A stretch of DNA of 54,786 nt from Octopus bimaculoides. Taxonomy: Eukaryota. The stretch covers positions 5,724,213-5,778,998 of the forward strand of contig NC_069001.1 in NCBI RefSeq assembly GCF_001194135.2, written 5' to 3'. Shown here piece after piece: positions 23,551 to 35,972 of the stretch; within the stretch, counting starts at the first letter, position 1, and each line of letters opens with the position of its first letter. The notes under the pieces are model-generated. The model made no database searches. It had not been told where the DNA came from and saw only the letters and a program-made list of their open reading frames with translations. The position numbers were made by a program, and so were the translations under genes.

Positions 23551-24080
23551 ATATATGTAGTCGCTCGACTTGCTAGAAATATCCCCCAACTGCCAAATCT
23601 CCTTCAACTCACAACGCACTGTCATAAACGAGTACATAACCATACATAGAACAATCTTGTCGCTGATGTACTTCTTTCTCTCTTCTACTTCCTCTTCTCT
23701 TCCGTCTATCCTTCCTTCACTATTCTTCACACGCTTTCATCTCTCTATTTCTCTGCCCCTGTCTTCCTCAAGTGTAAACCTATTGTATCGCATGAGTCTT
23801 TCATAAGATGGATAGACATTATAACGAAATAAATCAGCTGACCTCCAAACATGTCATACAAAGAGAAAGTAAAAGTTTAAAAAAAGAACAAAAAAACTCA
23901 GACTTATTTTAAGATTAAATAAATGTCTGAAATGAACTATTGTTTATAAGATTTTAATTTTTCGTACTTATTAACCTCACTTTTGCGGAGTATATTTATA
24001 ATACAATAGGATTCAATCAGTTTGATCTCTGATCATTATCTTCAGCAAGTATATCAATAATATAACGTTTGTGCGCATGC

Positions 24081-24155
<75 letters not shown>

Positions 24156-24832
24156 GAGAGAGAGAGAAACACACACGACACACGCTACGTTACATTCATT
24201 TTGATGCATGATCATCATAACATCACTGTAGGGTATATTTAGAATGCATATATACATATATATACTAATTATTATAATAACGCATTAGAAAAGAGTGGGC
24301 TTAAGAAATATATTAGTTTCTTACTCACGTTGAAGCAGCAACAACCGAGCAAATTTCCAAAATAAATTATTTATTCAATTTACTTCTATCTGCCGTTCAG
24401 TAACAATGTATATAAAATATAATTAGGAATTTCTTCGTGTTAATCAGCCAGATTTTACGTACATACATACACTCACACACACTCACACACGCACACATAC
24501 ATACATACATACAGTAAATTGTTCAATATGAATACTGTGAAAATCAGTTAGTGCTGCACATGTAACTAATATTATAATTTAAAACAAACTGCGAGAAAGC
24601 TGCAAGAACAACAAATAGCCAAGAATTCCTAATGTAATTACAGGACAAGAGAATGTGTCCGCTTAATAGCGAATATATAAGTAAAGTAATTGTCTACAGA
24701 AGGAAAGTTATATCCCAAGAGGACGAAGAAAACACTGAGTGAAATTACTCTGTAATGAGATTGGATAATTTCGAGATTCCTCTATTTAACTAAGTACACC
24801 TTTCGGTACGAAGGAAAGAGAAACACCACATC

Positions 24833-24939
<107 letters not shown>

Positions 24940-25638
24940 CATACCGCAATGGAGAGGGGGAGAAGGCAAGGTGTGAAATGCATGACTAAGTTCACATTAA
25001 GTTACTCAAATCTCGGTCCATGTAGAAGAGATATACTTATCAAAATGCAAAGAGCATGAGGTTTAAAGTGTGAGATGTAAAACACATATATATTGCATGG
25101 TCAATAATTGGAAACACTAAGTAAATATTCACAGAACACAATAGTGACATGTGTGTACTTCTGTAACAACATGTCTTTATGCTTATATCGACGTACAGAG
25201 TAATAAAACAAACGTATATCATGTCGAAATGTCGGCACAAGAACAAGTTCTATGTGGTGAATTATAACAATGAAATTAAGCTTAACTGATATATCGTGGT
25301 GCACACATGCACACACATTGGTAGTATTAAAATTTAATATTGATTTTATGTAAATGAATATATATGCATAATTACATATATATAAACTTACTTGCATTTA
25401 CACACACAAACACACACACAAACACACAAACACACACACACACACACACACACACATTTAACTATGGTATTCTTGTTTTGTGTTATTGTAATGGTTACAA
25501 TACATTTAATGCGCCGCACATCCACATACGTTAGAAATAAAAGAGAAGTGCTCAATAACTGTGCCGGATAATGAATTCTTTGATTGGATTTTATGTTAAT
25601 AATTACCATTATTAGCATAAATCCCATTCATTAATGAA

Positions 25639-25685
<47 letters not shown>

Positions 25686-25822
25686 TCACACATACGCGGT
25701 CATATTTGCATATGTAATAATATGTATACTCGTAAGAAATATGCAGAAAAAACACATTCCTATAAATAAACACATAATTTGACAGATTATTAGAAATACA
25801 GGCGCAGACTCACATGCCAAAT

Positions 25823-25854
<32 letters not shown>

Positions 25855-26524
25855 GCTTAGTGTGTGCGTATGCAATCGTATATAGAGAGATAAGCATGTA
25901 TGTGCTTATATGCATATTCATACGTTCAAAAGTACATAAATTAAGAAGCATTAATGCACCCACATAGAGATATGCACAGACCTACTCACACACACATACA
26001 CGCATACACACTCTCTCTCTCTTTAACATTCTCACAGGCACACATAAACATACACAGACACTCACACACACACACTCATACGCACACACCACGAGCAATC
26101 GACACACCACGAGCAATCGAAAGAAAGAAAGCAAAAAAAAAAAAAGAAAGCATGAGGTAAGATGAGACACAGAACAAGGAAGGAAGTGAGATGGTGGGGA
26201 GATGGGAGTGGAGTGGAGAGGAGTAGAGGGGAAGGGATATGAGAAGAGTGGCGGTTAGAGGTGTAAAAATGAGTATTGGAAATATATAATGTTGTAAAAC
26301 AAACAGCAATAACAACAACAACAACAGCAGCAGCAGCAGCAACAAGATGTAACAGGAAAAATGAGATAAGAGAGATCAATGATGGTTTTTTTGTTTGTCT
26401 TTTGCTTTGTTTTAGCTGTTGTTGTTTTGTTGTTATGTTTATGGAACACCAAACAACATTAGCGGCACCACAAAACACAACTGGTTACAACTCCGCTGAG
26501 ACATAAACAGCAGCAGGAGCAATC

Positions 26525-26870
26525 TCGTAATCACCATCACCATCATCATCATCATCATCACTGGTATCATCCCCGACGCCACCACCACCACCATCTCCAA
26601 TACCATCGTGATCGACGCCGCCACCGTCTTCACACCTACCACCGCTATCATCAGTATTACCATCATCATCATCATAACCACCACCGCCGCCATCACTACC
26701 GCCACACTCATCACAACCGCTATAAACATCATCTGCATCAACACCGCCCCCACCATCATCACCACCACCACCACCACCGCCACCGCCACCACCACCACCA
26801 TCATCACCATCACCATCGTCATCCCCGTTGTCACCACCACCACCACCATCGTCACCTTCGCCCTTGTTAT
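26525..26870 (+). repeat. Degenerate (CAC/CAT)n triplet tract
   Basis: Direct inspection; explains the poly-T, poly-V and poly-G/D ORFs. Confidence 0.9.
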
Positions 26871-27184
26871 AATCATACAGAAGATGAAATACCGTCATTG
26901 GATATGTTAAGAAATAGCAGCCAAATCTCCCTCAGTCACACCGTATCTTTATAAATAAATCAAGGATAGACACATTGAATATATTAAGAAAACAACGGGT
27001 TGCTCATGTTTGTAAGGTTATTGTACATAGACCTCTCCTCATGACCACCACCACCATCGATATATTTTCGATCCCCACCTTACGAAAAGATCGATCATCA
27101 CTGATCCAGAAACCAATCCACAAACTCGATCGATTTTCTACTATTTTCCCGTTATTGCCCAATACTAGCAATGTAATATTTTAA

Positions 27185-28115
27185 CGCATTACCAGTTGAT
27201 TAATTCTTTTTTTCATCTAGTACCAATTAATTAACGTTTTTACCAAGTGCTGGTTAATTAATATTTTTACCCAGTACACGTTAATTAGTTTTTATTCAGT
27301 AAGGCACAGGCGTGGCTGTGTGGTAAGAAAGTATGCTACCCGTCGACATAGTTCTTGTTTCAGTCCCACGGCGTGGCACCTTGGGCAAGTGATTTCTACT
27401 AAAGCCATGGGCCGACCAAAGCCTTGCGAGTGGATTTGGTAGATGGAACCTGAAAGAAGCCCGTCGTGTGTGTGTATCTATATATGTATTTATATATATA
27501 TATATGTGTGTGTGTGTGTGACTTTATTTCTGTGTTTGTTTCGCCACCATTTGGCAACCAGTGCTGATGTATTTACGTCCTCGTAACCTAGTGGTTCGGC
27601 AAAATGAAAACCGATAGAATAAGTATCAAGCCTAAAAAAATAAACATTTAAGTACTAGTGTTAATTCGTTCGACTATAAACATTCTTCAAAGTGGTGCCC
27701 CAGCATGGCCGCAGTCTAATGAATGAAACAACTAAAAGACAGAAATAACCATGATTTCATCCTGTATTGGTTAATCAGTATTTTTACCGACTACAAGTTA
27801 ATTAGTTTTTACCGAGCATAATAATTAATATTTTCATGCAATACCAATTAATTACTTCTTACTCAGTACAAATTAATTAAAAATTTTACCCAGTACCAAT
27901 TAATTTATGTTTATACCGAATACTATTTAATACTTTTCTCCAATACTAGTTAATATTATTAACTCATACAAATTAACTGTATCGCCTGTACATGCCAATT
28001 AATATTAATATTCAGTATCAGTTAATAATATTACCCAATGCTACTTAACACAATTATCCTGCGCAAGTTAAATAATATTAGCAGCACTAGTTAGTTAATA
28101 CTTTTATGTACTTAG
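27185..28115 (+). repeat. AT-rich degenerate minisatellite, ~23-27-bp units (approx. TTTTTACCCAGTACCAATTAATTAA), split by a SINE
   Basis: About 4 units lie before 27303 and about 13 after ~27780. Confidence 0.75.
27303..27745 (+). mobile_element. SINE family A, full length
   Basis: GGCACAGGCGTGGCTGTGTGGTAAG head, internal TA/GT tract, and tail GGTGCCCCAGCATGGCCGCAGTCTAATGAATGAAAC. Confidence 0.9.
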
Positions 28116-28474
28116 TCTGATCTCCGCAATATTATGTACCCTGAGCAATATTATGTACCCTGAGCAAATGCAAAGTAAAATTGCTTCTGGTAGTATTCGA
28201 ATTTGGAAAGCAAAAGAACGAAAGTAAGAAGTTTGATGTTTGTAGTACTTCGGGATTTAGGAAGGTGTCAGCATTTATATAGAGGCTGCAAGCAGGATAG
28301 TTGTGACATTGAGTTTGATCGTGGTGCTATTTATAGAGGAAACTAATTGTAGTAATGCGTGACATTCGAACCAACAGTTACGTTTATACAAGCAACTGTT
28401 ACCGTTTAAAGGAATCTGGAAGCAATACAATAAATATCTTGGAGAAATGAAGACGCAGGTGACTGTTGCTCTTG

Positions 28475-28665
28475 CTTAACCACAGCTCTGGTCATGTAGA
28501 CTTATGGTCAAAAGGCGTTCCATCCGTGCCGTCCATTTTTTCTCTCTAGACAAGGCTACATTACCCATTGTGTTTTATACTTCAATTTTAAACACTGTAG
28601 GCGTGTTAATTATTTGTGAAAGAATTAGCAACTATTTCTAATAAGTCGAGCGACCACGAAGTTGC
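28475..28665 (-). repeat. Dispersed repeat family D (unclassified)
   Basis: Reverse complement GTGGTCGCTCGACTTATTAGAAATAG...GGAACGCCTTTTGACCATAAGTCT shares blocks with 23560-23615, 26905-26980, 52955-53090, 46685-46745 and 3685-3750. Confidence 0.5.
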
Positions 28666-28813
28666 TCCTTCGAATGCTTGTATAATTAAAGGGGACACGC
28701 AGAGTGGAATGGATGTTCGGGTAAATTATTGGGCATTTGGTCCCTAAGGTAAGTGTTCACATCCAGTTGCAGAACGTCCTGTTCTGGCTTAAGTTAGAAC
28801 ATATGATTCTACG

Positions 28814-29455
28814 TTTAGTGGTATGACGACTGTAGCACCATAACGTTTAATCCTCCATGTTTAGTGGTGTGAAGATTGTGACGTCATAAAGTTTAATTCT
28901 ACATGTGCAGGGATGTGAAGTTTGTGACATCATAACGTTTAATTCTACTTTTAAGAATATGAAGATTACGACATCATAACGTTTAACTCTACATGATTAG
29001 TGCTGTGCAGACTGTGACATCATAACGTTTAATTCTATATGTTTAGAGATGTGAAGATTATGGTGTCATAACGTTTGATTCTACATGTTTAGTGGTGTGA
29101 GCATTGACATCATAACGCTGAATCCTCCATGTTTAGTGGTGCGAAGATTGTGACATCTTAAATTGTAATCCTTTGTATTTGTTGGGATGGAGATTGTGTC
29201 ATTAGAATTTTTAATCCTACATCTTTAGAGGTGTGAAGGTTATGACATGAGAAGATTCAATTCTACATATTCATTGAGAGAGAGAGAGAGAGAGATTGAG
29301 ATAAGAACACGTAACTCTACATGTTTGGTGACATGGATCTCTGACGTCAAAGCAATAATTCTATATGTTTAATGATAATGATGTGACCATAGAACATACA
29401 CTTCTATAAATTTAATCGTATGACGTCAGAGCCTTTTGCCTTACATTTTTAGCGA
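28814..29455 (+). repeat. 46-bp minisatellite, 10 regular units plus ~3-4 decayed units after a (GA)n insertion
   Basis: Consensus TTTAGTGGTGTGAAGATTGTGACATCATAACGTTTAATTCTACATG; unit starts at 28814, 28860, 28906, 28950, 28996, 29042, 29088, 29132, 29178 and 29224. Confidence 0.95.
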
Positions 29456-30699
29456 TGGAGAGAGTGTGAGACGCGTGCGATTTTCTATGAATTGTTAACA
29501 GTAATAAATCGGTGCACAATGCTGAGTTTTAAGAATCCCTTATTCATCTACCGTTACTGGATTTGAAACGCTTATGCTAAAGAGAGGGGGGGGAAACTAC
29601 GAAGCAGCGGCATACAAAAAAGGTTTTGATAATTCTTGCATGAACAAGTTAATTAAATCGGAACATTTAAAGGAAAGGAAAAGAAAAACACAAAATTTTA
29701 ATGAAAAACTAAAACCAAAACTCTATCAAAAACTATGTAAAATTGATTGCAGGAAAGAGTATTTATATCGTCAGTACAATAACAAAATAAAAGCAATTAA
29801 AAATAGCAAGAATTCGTACACTTACAACTGCGTTGGGGGATTAAAAGCTGTGAAAGATAGGTGGGGAAACAAGAGCTGATCAACTGCGGGGGTCTGTCTT
29901 ATAGGAATTATTCACAGAAAACATTTTAAATGAAGGAAGAAGCGAGTGGTGAGTGGTGGGAGAAGTGTGGAGATGGCAATGGCGGATTTGTTGTTATTGA
30001 TTCAGCTTTTAAAAGTCTGAGCAAACATTAACATCGGTGACGAGCGTAGAAAACAGTGCATTCGTACAAAAATAACATCGTGGGATTTTTCCCGTCCGAC
30101 TTGTAAAAGGGCAATCCCTTGCTATTCTTATCAATGAATGCAGTGAACTAGCGATTAGAAACCTATAACCAACGCCATCTCAGAAATATGCGTAGGTCTA
30201 TTTGAAGCTATATATATATATATATATATATATATNNNNNNNNNNNNNNNNNNNNNNNNNNNNNNNNNNNNNNNNNNNNNNNNNNNNNNNNNNNNNNNNN
30301 NNNNNNNNNNNNNNNNNNNNNNNNNNNNNNNNNNNNNNNNNNNNNNNNNNNNNNNNNNNNNNNNNNNNNNNNNNNNNNNNNNNNNNNNNNNNNNNNNNNN
30401 NNNNNNNNNNNNNNNNNNNNNNNNNNNNNNNNNNNNNNNNNNNNNNNNNNNNNNNNNNNNNNNNNNNNNNNNNNNNNNNNNNNNNNNNNNNNNNNNNNNN
30501 NNNNNNNNNNNNNNNNNNNNNNNNNNNNNNNNNNNNNNNNNNNNNNNNNNNNNNNNNNNNNNNNNNNNNNNNNNNNNNNNNNNNNNNNNNNNNNNNNNNN
30601 NNNNNNNNNNNNNNNNNNNNNNNNNNNNNNNNNNNNNNNNNNNNNNNNNAATATTTGGGTTCAGAAGCGGTCACGAGTTGACTTTCACCATATACATAC

Positions 30700-30741
<42 letters not shown>

Positions 30742-31075
30742 ATATATATATATTATGTATTTTGTATTTCTTGGAAACGATATCTAAATGTCGATTTAAA
30801 TTATGTCATCGGAATTCAGTCTTTTTTTTTTTGCATAGGCAAACGTATGTGTATGTACATGTATGTTATACAGACACGCACACACTTTTCAACCAGACAT
30901 CAGAAGACCCACTACCATAAACACACACTCATACAACCTATACATATCTATCAACGTCTCTATCAATACATTATTCAATAATAGGATATACAAAATATAG
31001 TAATGACACTACACACAGATAGAACTATATTGAGCGAGGAAGGCCGATAAATAGATAAATAGACGGCAATAACAA

Positions 31076-31131
<56 letters not shown>

Positions 31132-31350
31132 GTCTATTAAAAGAAAGAGCGGGAGCAATGAATACATTGATATTTGAATGAAAAGATAGAGAACGATGCA
31201 AGTGGAATGGAGATAAGATATTAAGGGAATGGTACTTGACTTAACGTCGAGATAGAAGAAGGTATATTTGTGGACAGAGATAAGCGGAGGTTGCGACACA
31301 CGTGTATCCGTATGTAACCTCATACACAAATATTTATACACACCATACGC

Positions 31351-31413
<63 letters not shown>

Positions 31414-31706
31414 CATGCATACGNNNNNNNNNNNNNNNNNNNNNNNNNNNNNNNNNNNNNNNNNNNNNNNNNNNNNNNNNNNNNNNNNNNNNNNNNNNNN
31501 NNNNNNNNNNNNNNNNNNNNNNNNNNNNNNNNNNNNNNNNNNNNNNNNNNNNNNNNNNNNNNNNNNNNNNNNNNNNNNNNNNNNNNNNNNNNNNNNNNNN
31601 NNNNNNNNNNNNNNNNNNNNNNNNNNNNNNNNNNNNNNNNNNNNNNNNNNNNNNNNNNNNNNNNNNNNNNNNNNNNNNNNNNNNNNNNNNNNNNNNNNNN
31701 NNNNNN

Positions 31707-31753
<47 letters not shown>

Positions 31754-32139
31754 CATGCATACGTATACATACTCATGTCAACACAGATATGTATATATAA
31801 TTTAACCATCGCACCCTGTATATACACACACACACACACTCAGGCATATACATACTCATAACCACACACACATATATATACACATAAACGTATATACATG
31901 CAAACACACATATATACATAATCATATACACACGTATGTACCTGTATGTTAATAAATCTTAGCCGCTACTCGCAAGCGAGTAAAACTCGGTAGCTTGTAC
32001 CAAGTCTTTTGGCCAAGTCTTTTGGATGTTTGTGTAGTCCCGACCTGGCATAAGAACCCTCTCTGTCCTTCTCCTTTTGACCCAGCAGAAGAACATCGAG
32101 CGAAGGTGAAGGAGCTGCTCCACCGGCCAATGGTAGCCA

Positions 32140-32231
32140 TTCTCACCTGAGTAAATAAGAGTAATGGGAAATGAAGCGCTTTGTTGAAAGACACTAAGTA
32201 CCGCCTGTTTTAAGAATCGAACCCGTGACAC
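32140..32231 (-). mobile_element. SINE family C-like head fragment, cut by the adjacent mariner
   Basis: GAAATGAAGCGCTTTGTTGAAAGACAC...GAATCGAACCCGTGAC parallels 15225-15270. Confidence 0.5.
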
Positions 32232-32775
32232 TATGACTGGGCTGAAAAGTTGATTGGCTGACTATGAAGGAGTGATGCTAGAGCTGTGAAATCTTGCATT
32301 TATTAATTTCAATGTTTTTTTATTAATAATTACCTTGTTTTTTTTTCCAGGTAAACTGACATCTGCTTGTTGAAAGAAGACTTCAAGATTAATGAGTAGC
32401 GACTTCTTTTTTTTTTAAATGAACTCAGACTGGCATCGTGATGTTATCAAGTACTTACAATTAAAGGGTTTAACCCCCTGAGGGCATTCATGCTAACATG
32501 TTTGTTGCATCGAGGGATGATGCTGCAGTTATATGAACAGTGCAAAAGAGGGCAGCTGCATGTAGGGGCGTGAGTAGGAGAGGGGACAATCTTGAATAGG
32601 AGCCAAGGTCTGAACGTTCTGCAACTGCCACCAACGGGAAAAACACTGATCTTGTTCACGACCATGGTGATGGATGACAGCGATTGAAAATAAATCAAAT
32701 TGCCAATGCTATTAGAATATCCCGTGAGAGAGTTGAGAAGATTCTGCACAATGAACTCTTCAGTCGACCCTCGTA
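32232..32775 (+). mobile_element. Internally deleted mariner retaining both TIRs and the transposase N-terminus (pseudogene)
   Basis: Left TIR TATGACTGGGCTGAAAAGTT and right TIR AACTCTTCAGTCGACCCTCGTA. ATG at 32419 gives MNSDWHRDVIKYLQLKGLTP*; ORF 32684 gives KINQIANAIRISRERVEKILHNEL (second HTH), joined directly to the right TIR. Confidence 0.9.
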
Positions 32776-33247
32776 CACACGCATATATCTATTATATCTA
32801 CCCCATACACATATATACATACGCACACAGATATATTCATATAGAAGAGATGATTGCTCGCACTAAATTCCTTTATCGGTCAGAAAAAAAAAAGCAGAAC
32901 TCAATAGAATTGTAGATTATAGTTAATTGCGGCGAAATTGGAAGATTCGGAGCTTTGCAGTAACTATCAGTTGCATCCTCAATAAGAATCTCCCGAGTGT
33001 GAAATTTTAAGAAATGCAAATGGGACTCGTAACAAATCGAGTTGGCTGAGTGGGGTACAGTGGTTCTGCAGTCTGATGGGGTTTTAGTGGATGGCTCGTA
33101 TATATCGATTGGCTTGTATGTGTAACCAGCGCTGGATTAATCACCAAACAAAATAAGCACGTGCTTTGAATATCAAGGGGGCAGCACAGAAATGGTAAAT
33201 GGTTCACGGCACAAATCACACACGCACACCCATACATATACACACAC

Positions 33248-33286
<39 letters not shown>

Positions 33287-33401
33287 CACACACACATATG
33301 TATATACACACCACACATACACATATGCACACACACATATATACACATACGCGCACGCACACACACAAAGATATACCCACACATATATACATACGTGCAC
33401 G

Positions 33402-33527
33402 CGACGGGCTTCTTTCACTTTCCGTCTACCAAATCCAATCACAAAGCATAGAAGACTTTTACCAAATGTGCCACTCAGTGGAGGCTGAGTCCGAAACCAC
33501 TTAGGTGGGAAGTAAGCTTCTTACCAT
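33402..33527 (-). mobile_element. SINE family A 5' half
   Basis: CGACGGGCTTCTTTCACTTTCCGTCTACCAAATCC...AAGCTTCTTACCA, adjoining a long TA/CA tract. Confidence 0.8.
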
Positions 33528-34156
33528 GAACCGATATCTTATATACGCGTGAATGTGCTATTTCTTTTCTCTTTTAAATTGTTCGAATTTTCTTATAAAG
33601 AAGAGACAAGTTTCTAAGAAACACATCTATGAGATTTAGGTAACATCAACAACAACAACAACAGCAACGATGAAGACCAATAGCTAGAACATTAAAAAAA
33701 ATTATCTCGCATACTTTTATTGTTCCACTTACAGACAACGTCGACTGTATTTGCTAAGCGCTTGTTAGCAGCTCATTTTATTTGCCTGAAAACCTTAGAT
33801 TTTCGAGATTAACACTTCAACACACACACACACACACACACAGTATCATAGTCGAGAGCACCAACAATTATCGATATAAATACGAATATATAATCAGGAG
33901 TGATAAGCTATTGGTTTCGAATCAGTTGTCCGTTAACATTCTCTTCTGCATTGATTTTGGAGAAGCTGTTCTCATCTGTCGGGCAACAAATCTCAGTGGC
34001 TTTCCATGATATTTCTCTTCTGTTTTATGTATGTTTCTTTGGAAAGCCTTTTTCATTTGCAGGATTCAAACCGGTTACTAACAAAGTAGCAAGGGTCTCT
34101 CCATGTAAGTGAAGATAGGCTCTTGGAGCGGGGTGGGTGCTACTTGAGTTTGCGTG

Positions 34157-34359
34157 TCTTTTATCTTTTAACTTGTTTCAGTCATCTGACTACGGTCATG
34201 CTGGGGTACCGCATTGAAAAAATTTTTAGTCGTATGAATCGACCCCAGTACTTATTCTATCGGTTCTCTTTCGCTGAACTGCTAAGTTACAGGGACATAG
34301 ACACAGCAACACCGGTTATCAAGCGGCGGGGAAACAGAAACAAAACACAACACACACAC

Positions 34360-34392
<33 letters not shown>

Positions 34393-34528
34393 GACGAGTT
34401 TCTTTCAGTTTCCATCGACCAAATTCACTCCTAAGGTTTTGGTCGGCCCAAGGCTATAGTAGAAGACATGTCCAAGGAGTCACGCATTGATACTGAACCC
34501 GTAACCATGTGGTTGAGAAGGAAACTTT
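34157..34528 (-). mobile_element. SINE family A, near full length
   Basis: Tail, internal (TA)n and head blocks are colinear with the reverse complement of 38782-39200. Confidence 0.85.
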
Positions 34529-34535
34529 AATTAGA

Positions 34536-34601
34536 GCTTTCGTTCGTTTACGAACTCGTCATTTGATTTTTGTCATGGCGAGTTCGTGAACGAATGAAAG
34601 C
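34536..34601 (+). other. 66-nt stem-loop: 27 consecutive pairs (24 Watson-Crick, 3 G-U) with a 12-nt loop; candidate small-RNA precursor or mini-MITE
   Basis: GCTTTCGTTCGTTTACGAACTCGTCAT-ttgatttttgtc-ATGGCGAGTTCGTGAACGAATGAAAGC, paired base by base by hand. The confidence refers to the hairpin, not to any function. Confidence 0.85.
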
Positions 34602-34687
34602 GGTAACAAAAGATTATCCAAAATTTTGACTGCCTCCTTTTTCTCAATATCTATATATGCATATATATGTACATGTATGTGTTTATA

Positions 34688-34737
<50 letters not shown>

Positions 34738-35760
34738 ATGTATGTATGTCTATATTCTATCATAGTACAGTTATCTAACCTGCTCTGTTGCCAGCTGTTC
34801 TATTCTTAACATCCCTGTTCTCTATTCTTCCGTTATACCCTATTATAACATCTACTAGGCTACTCTGTTTGTTTTCTTCGCTCTACACTATTCTTCTCTA
34901 TTCCATTAAGTCATTATCTGACACACACTACCACCAATGTACAATATATTTATCTCTATACAATATTTATATTGTCTTACTCTCCCTCCTTTACATAGTA
35001 TATTTATTCATTCATCACGTTCTCCAGCTTTCTCTCTCCGCAGTTCTAATTCTCACCGTCATTCCATCATTCTGTCATTCTCTCATTCATTCATTCAATC
35101 ATTCATTCACGCTTTATTTTTCTCCCATTCAATTCACGTGTTTTTATCTCACTGACAGCCCAGTCTACCTACAACATTACATGTACAATCTATCTTTCTC
35201 TCTCTCTCTCACACACACACATATATATATACACACACACACTCGTGTATATTCTATTGTGATATAGTCATGCAAGCCATTTCAAACGCACATCATATTT
35301 ATTATGGTGTCCGCCGTTTAGTAATGTCTTCATAGCTTCATAGTAATGCATACAGACGTTACTAGCAATTGAGGATCTTTTGCTATCAGCATGTAACATC
35401 CTTCTGCTAATGGTTTTTTCTGATGGCCATGGAATGGCGAACAGACACAGACATCATCTCGGCTCCCCACTCCTGTTATCTCTGGCCCACTAGAATAACC
35501 AGAATATATATTTGCTAGAATGAGAGAGACGGATTCGAAAGCAACTGAGCTCGTACTTTATTTATCGACCGTTGTGACGTGTCAAAATGATGTTCGTTGT
35601 ACATCTACGAGTTGGTCACTAGTGTAATTTTATCTTATTGTATCATTCAGTAGTCACTTCGTAGAGGTTATGTTGGTGACCTGTATCAGTTATTGGTCAG
35701 TTATTATAGGACGTGACGATCTGTGTGTGTGCGTGTGTGTGTGAGAGTGAGAGTGAGAGT

Positions 35761-35801
<41 letters not shown>

Positions 35802-35809
35802 TGTGTGTA

Positions 35810-35972
35810 TTCTTTGAGTCAGTAACTTGGCTGCATCCATGCTGGAGCACCGCTTTCTAGGGTTTCAGTCGAAGAAATCGACCCCAAGACTTATTCATTG
35901 AAAGCCTAGTATATACTCTATCGGTTTCTTTTACCGAACCGCTAATTTACGGGGACGTAAACACACCAACAT
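35810..35972 (-). mobile_element. SINE family A 3' half
   Basis: CCATGCTGGAGCACCGC...AGTCGAAGAAATCGACCCCAAGACTTATT...GGGGACGTAAACACACCAACA. Confidence 0.8.

Noticed and set aside
26150-26165. GCATGAG/GTAAG donor-like site, echoing GCATGAGGTAAC at ~1679
   Set aside because: No upstream acceptor or ORF; an 11-bp coincidence in 55 kb is not compelling.
28814-29455. CRISPR-like regular repeat
   Set aside because: Units are contiguous with no unique spacers, there are no cas genes, and the context is eukaryotic; it is a minisatellite.
29574-29879. 101-aa Lys-rich ORF as a CDS
   Set aside because: Composition follows the A-rich DNA; no recognisable domain or exon boundaries.
32325-32360. Strong splice-acceptor-like TTTTTTTTTCCAG/G
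   Set aside because: It lies in the 5' non-coding part of the mariner derivative, with no host exon downstream.
33130-33190. Terminus resembling a Harbinger/Kolobok-type MITE (CAGCGCTGGATTAATCACCAAAC...AAGGGGGCAGC)
   Set aside because: No matching opposite TIR or TSD found, so it cannot be supported as a feature.
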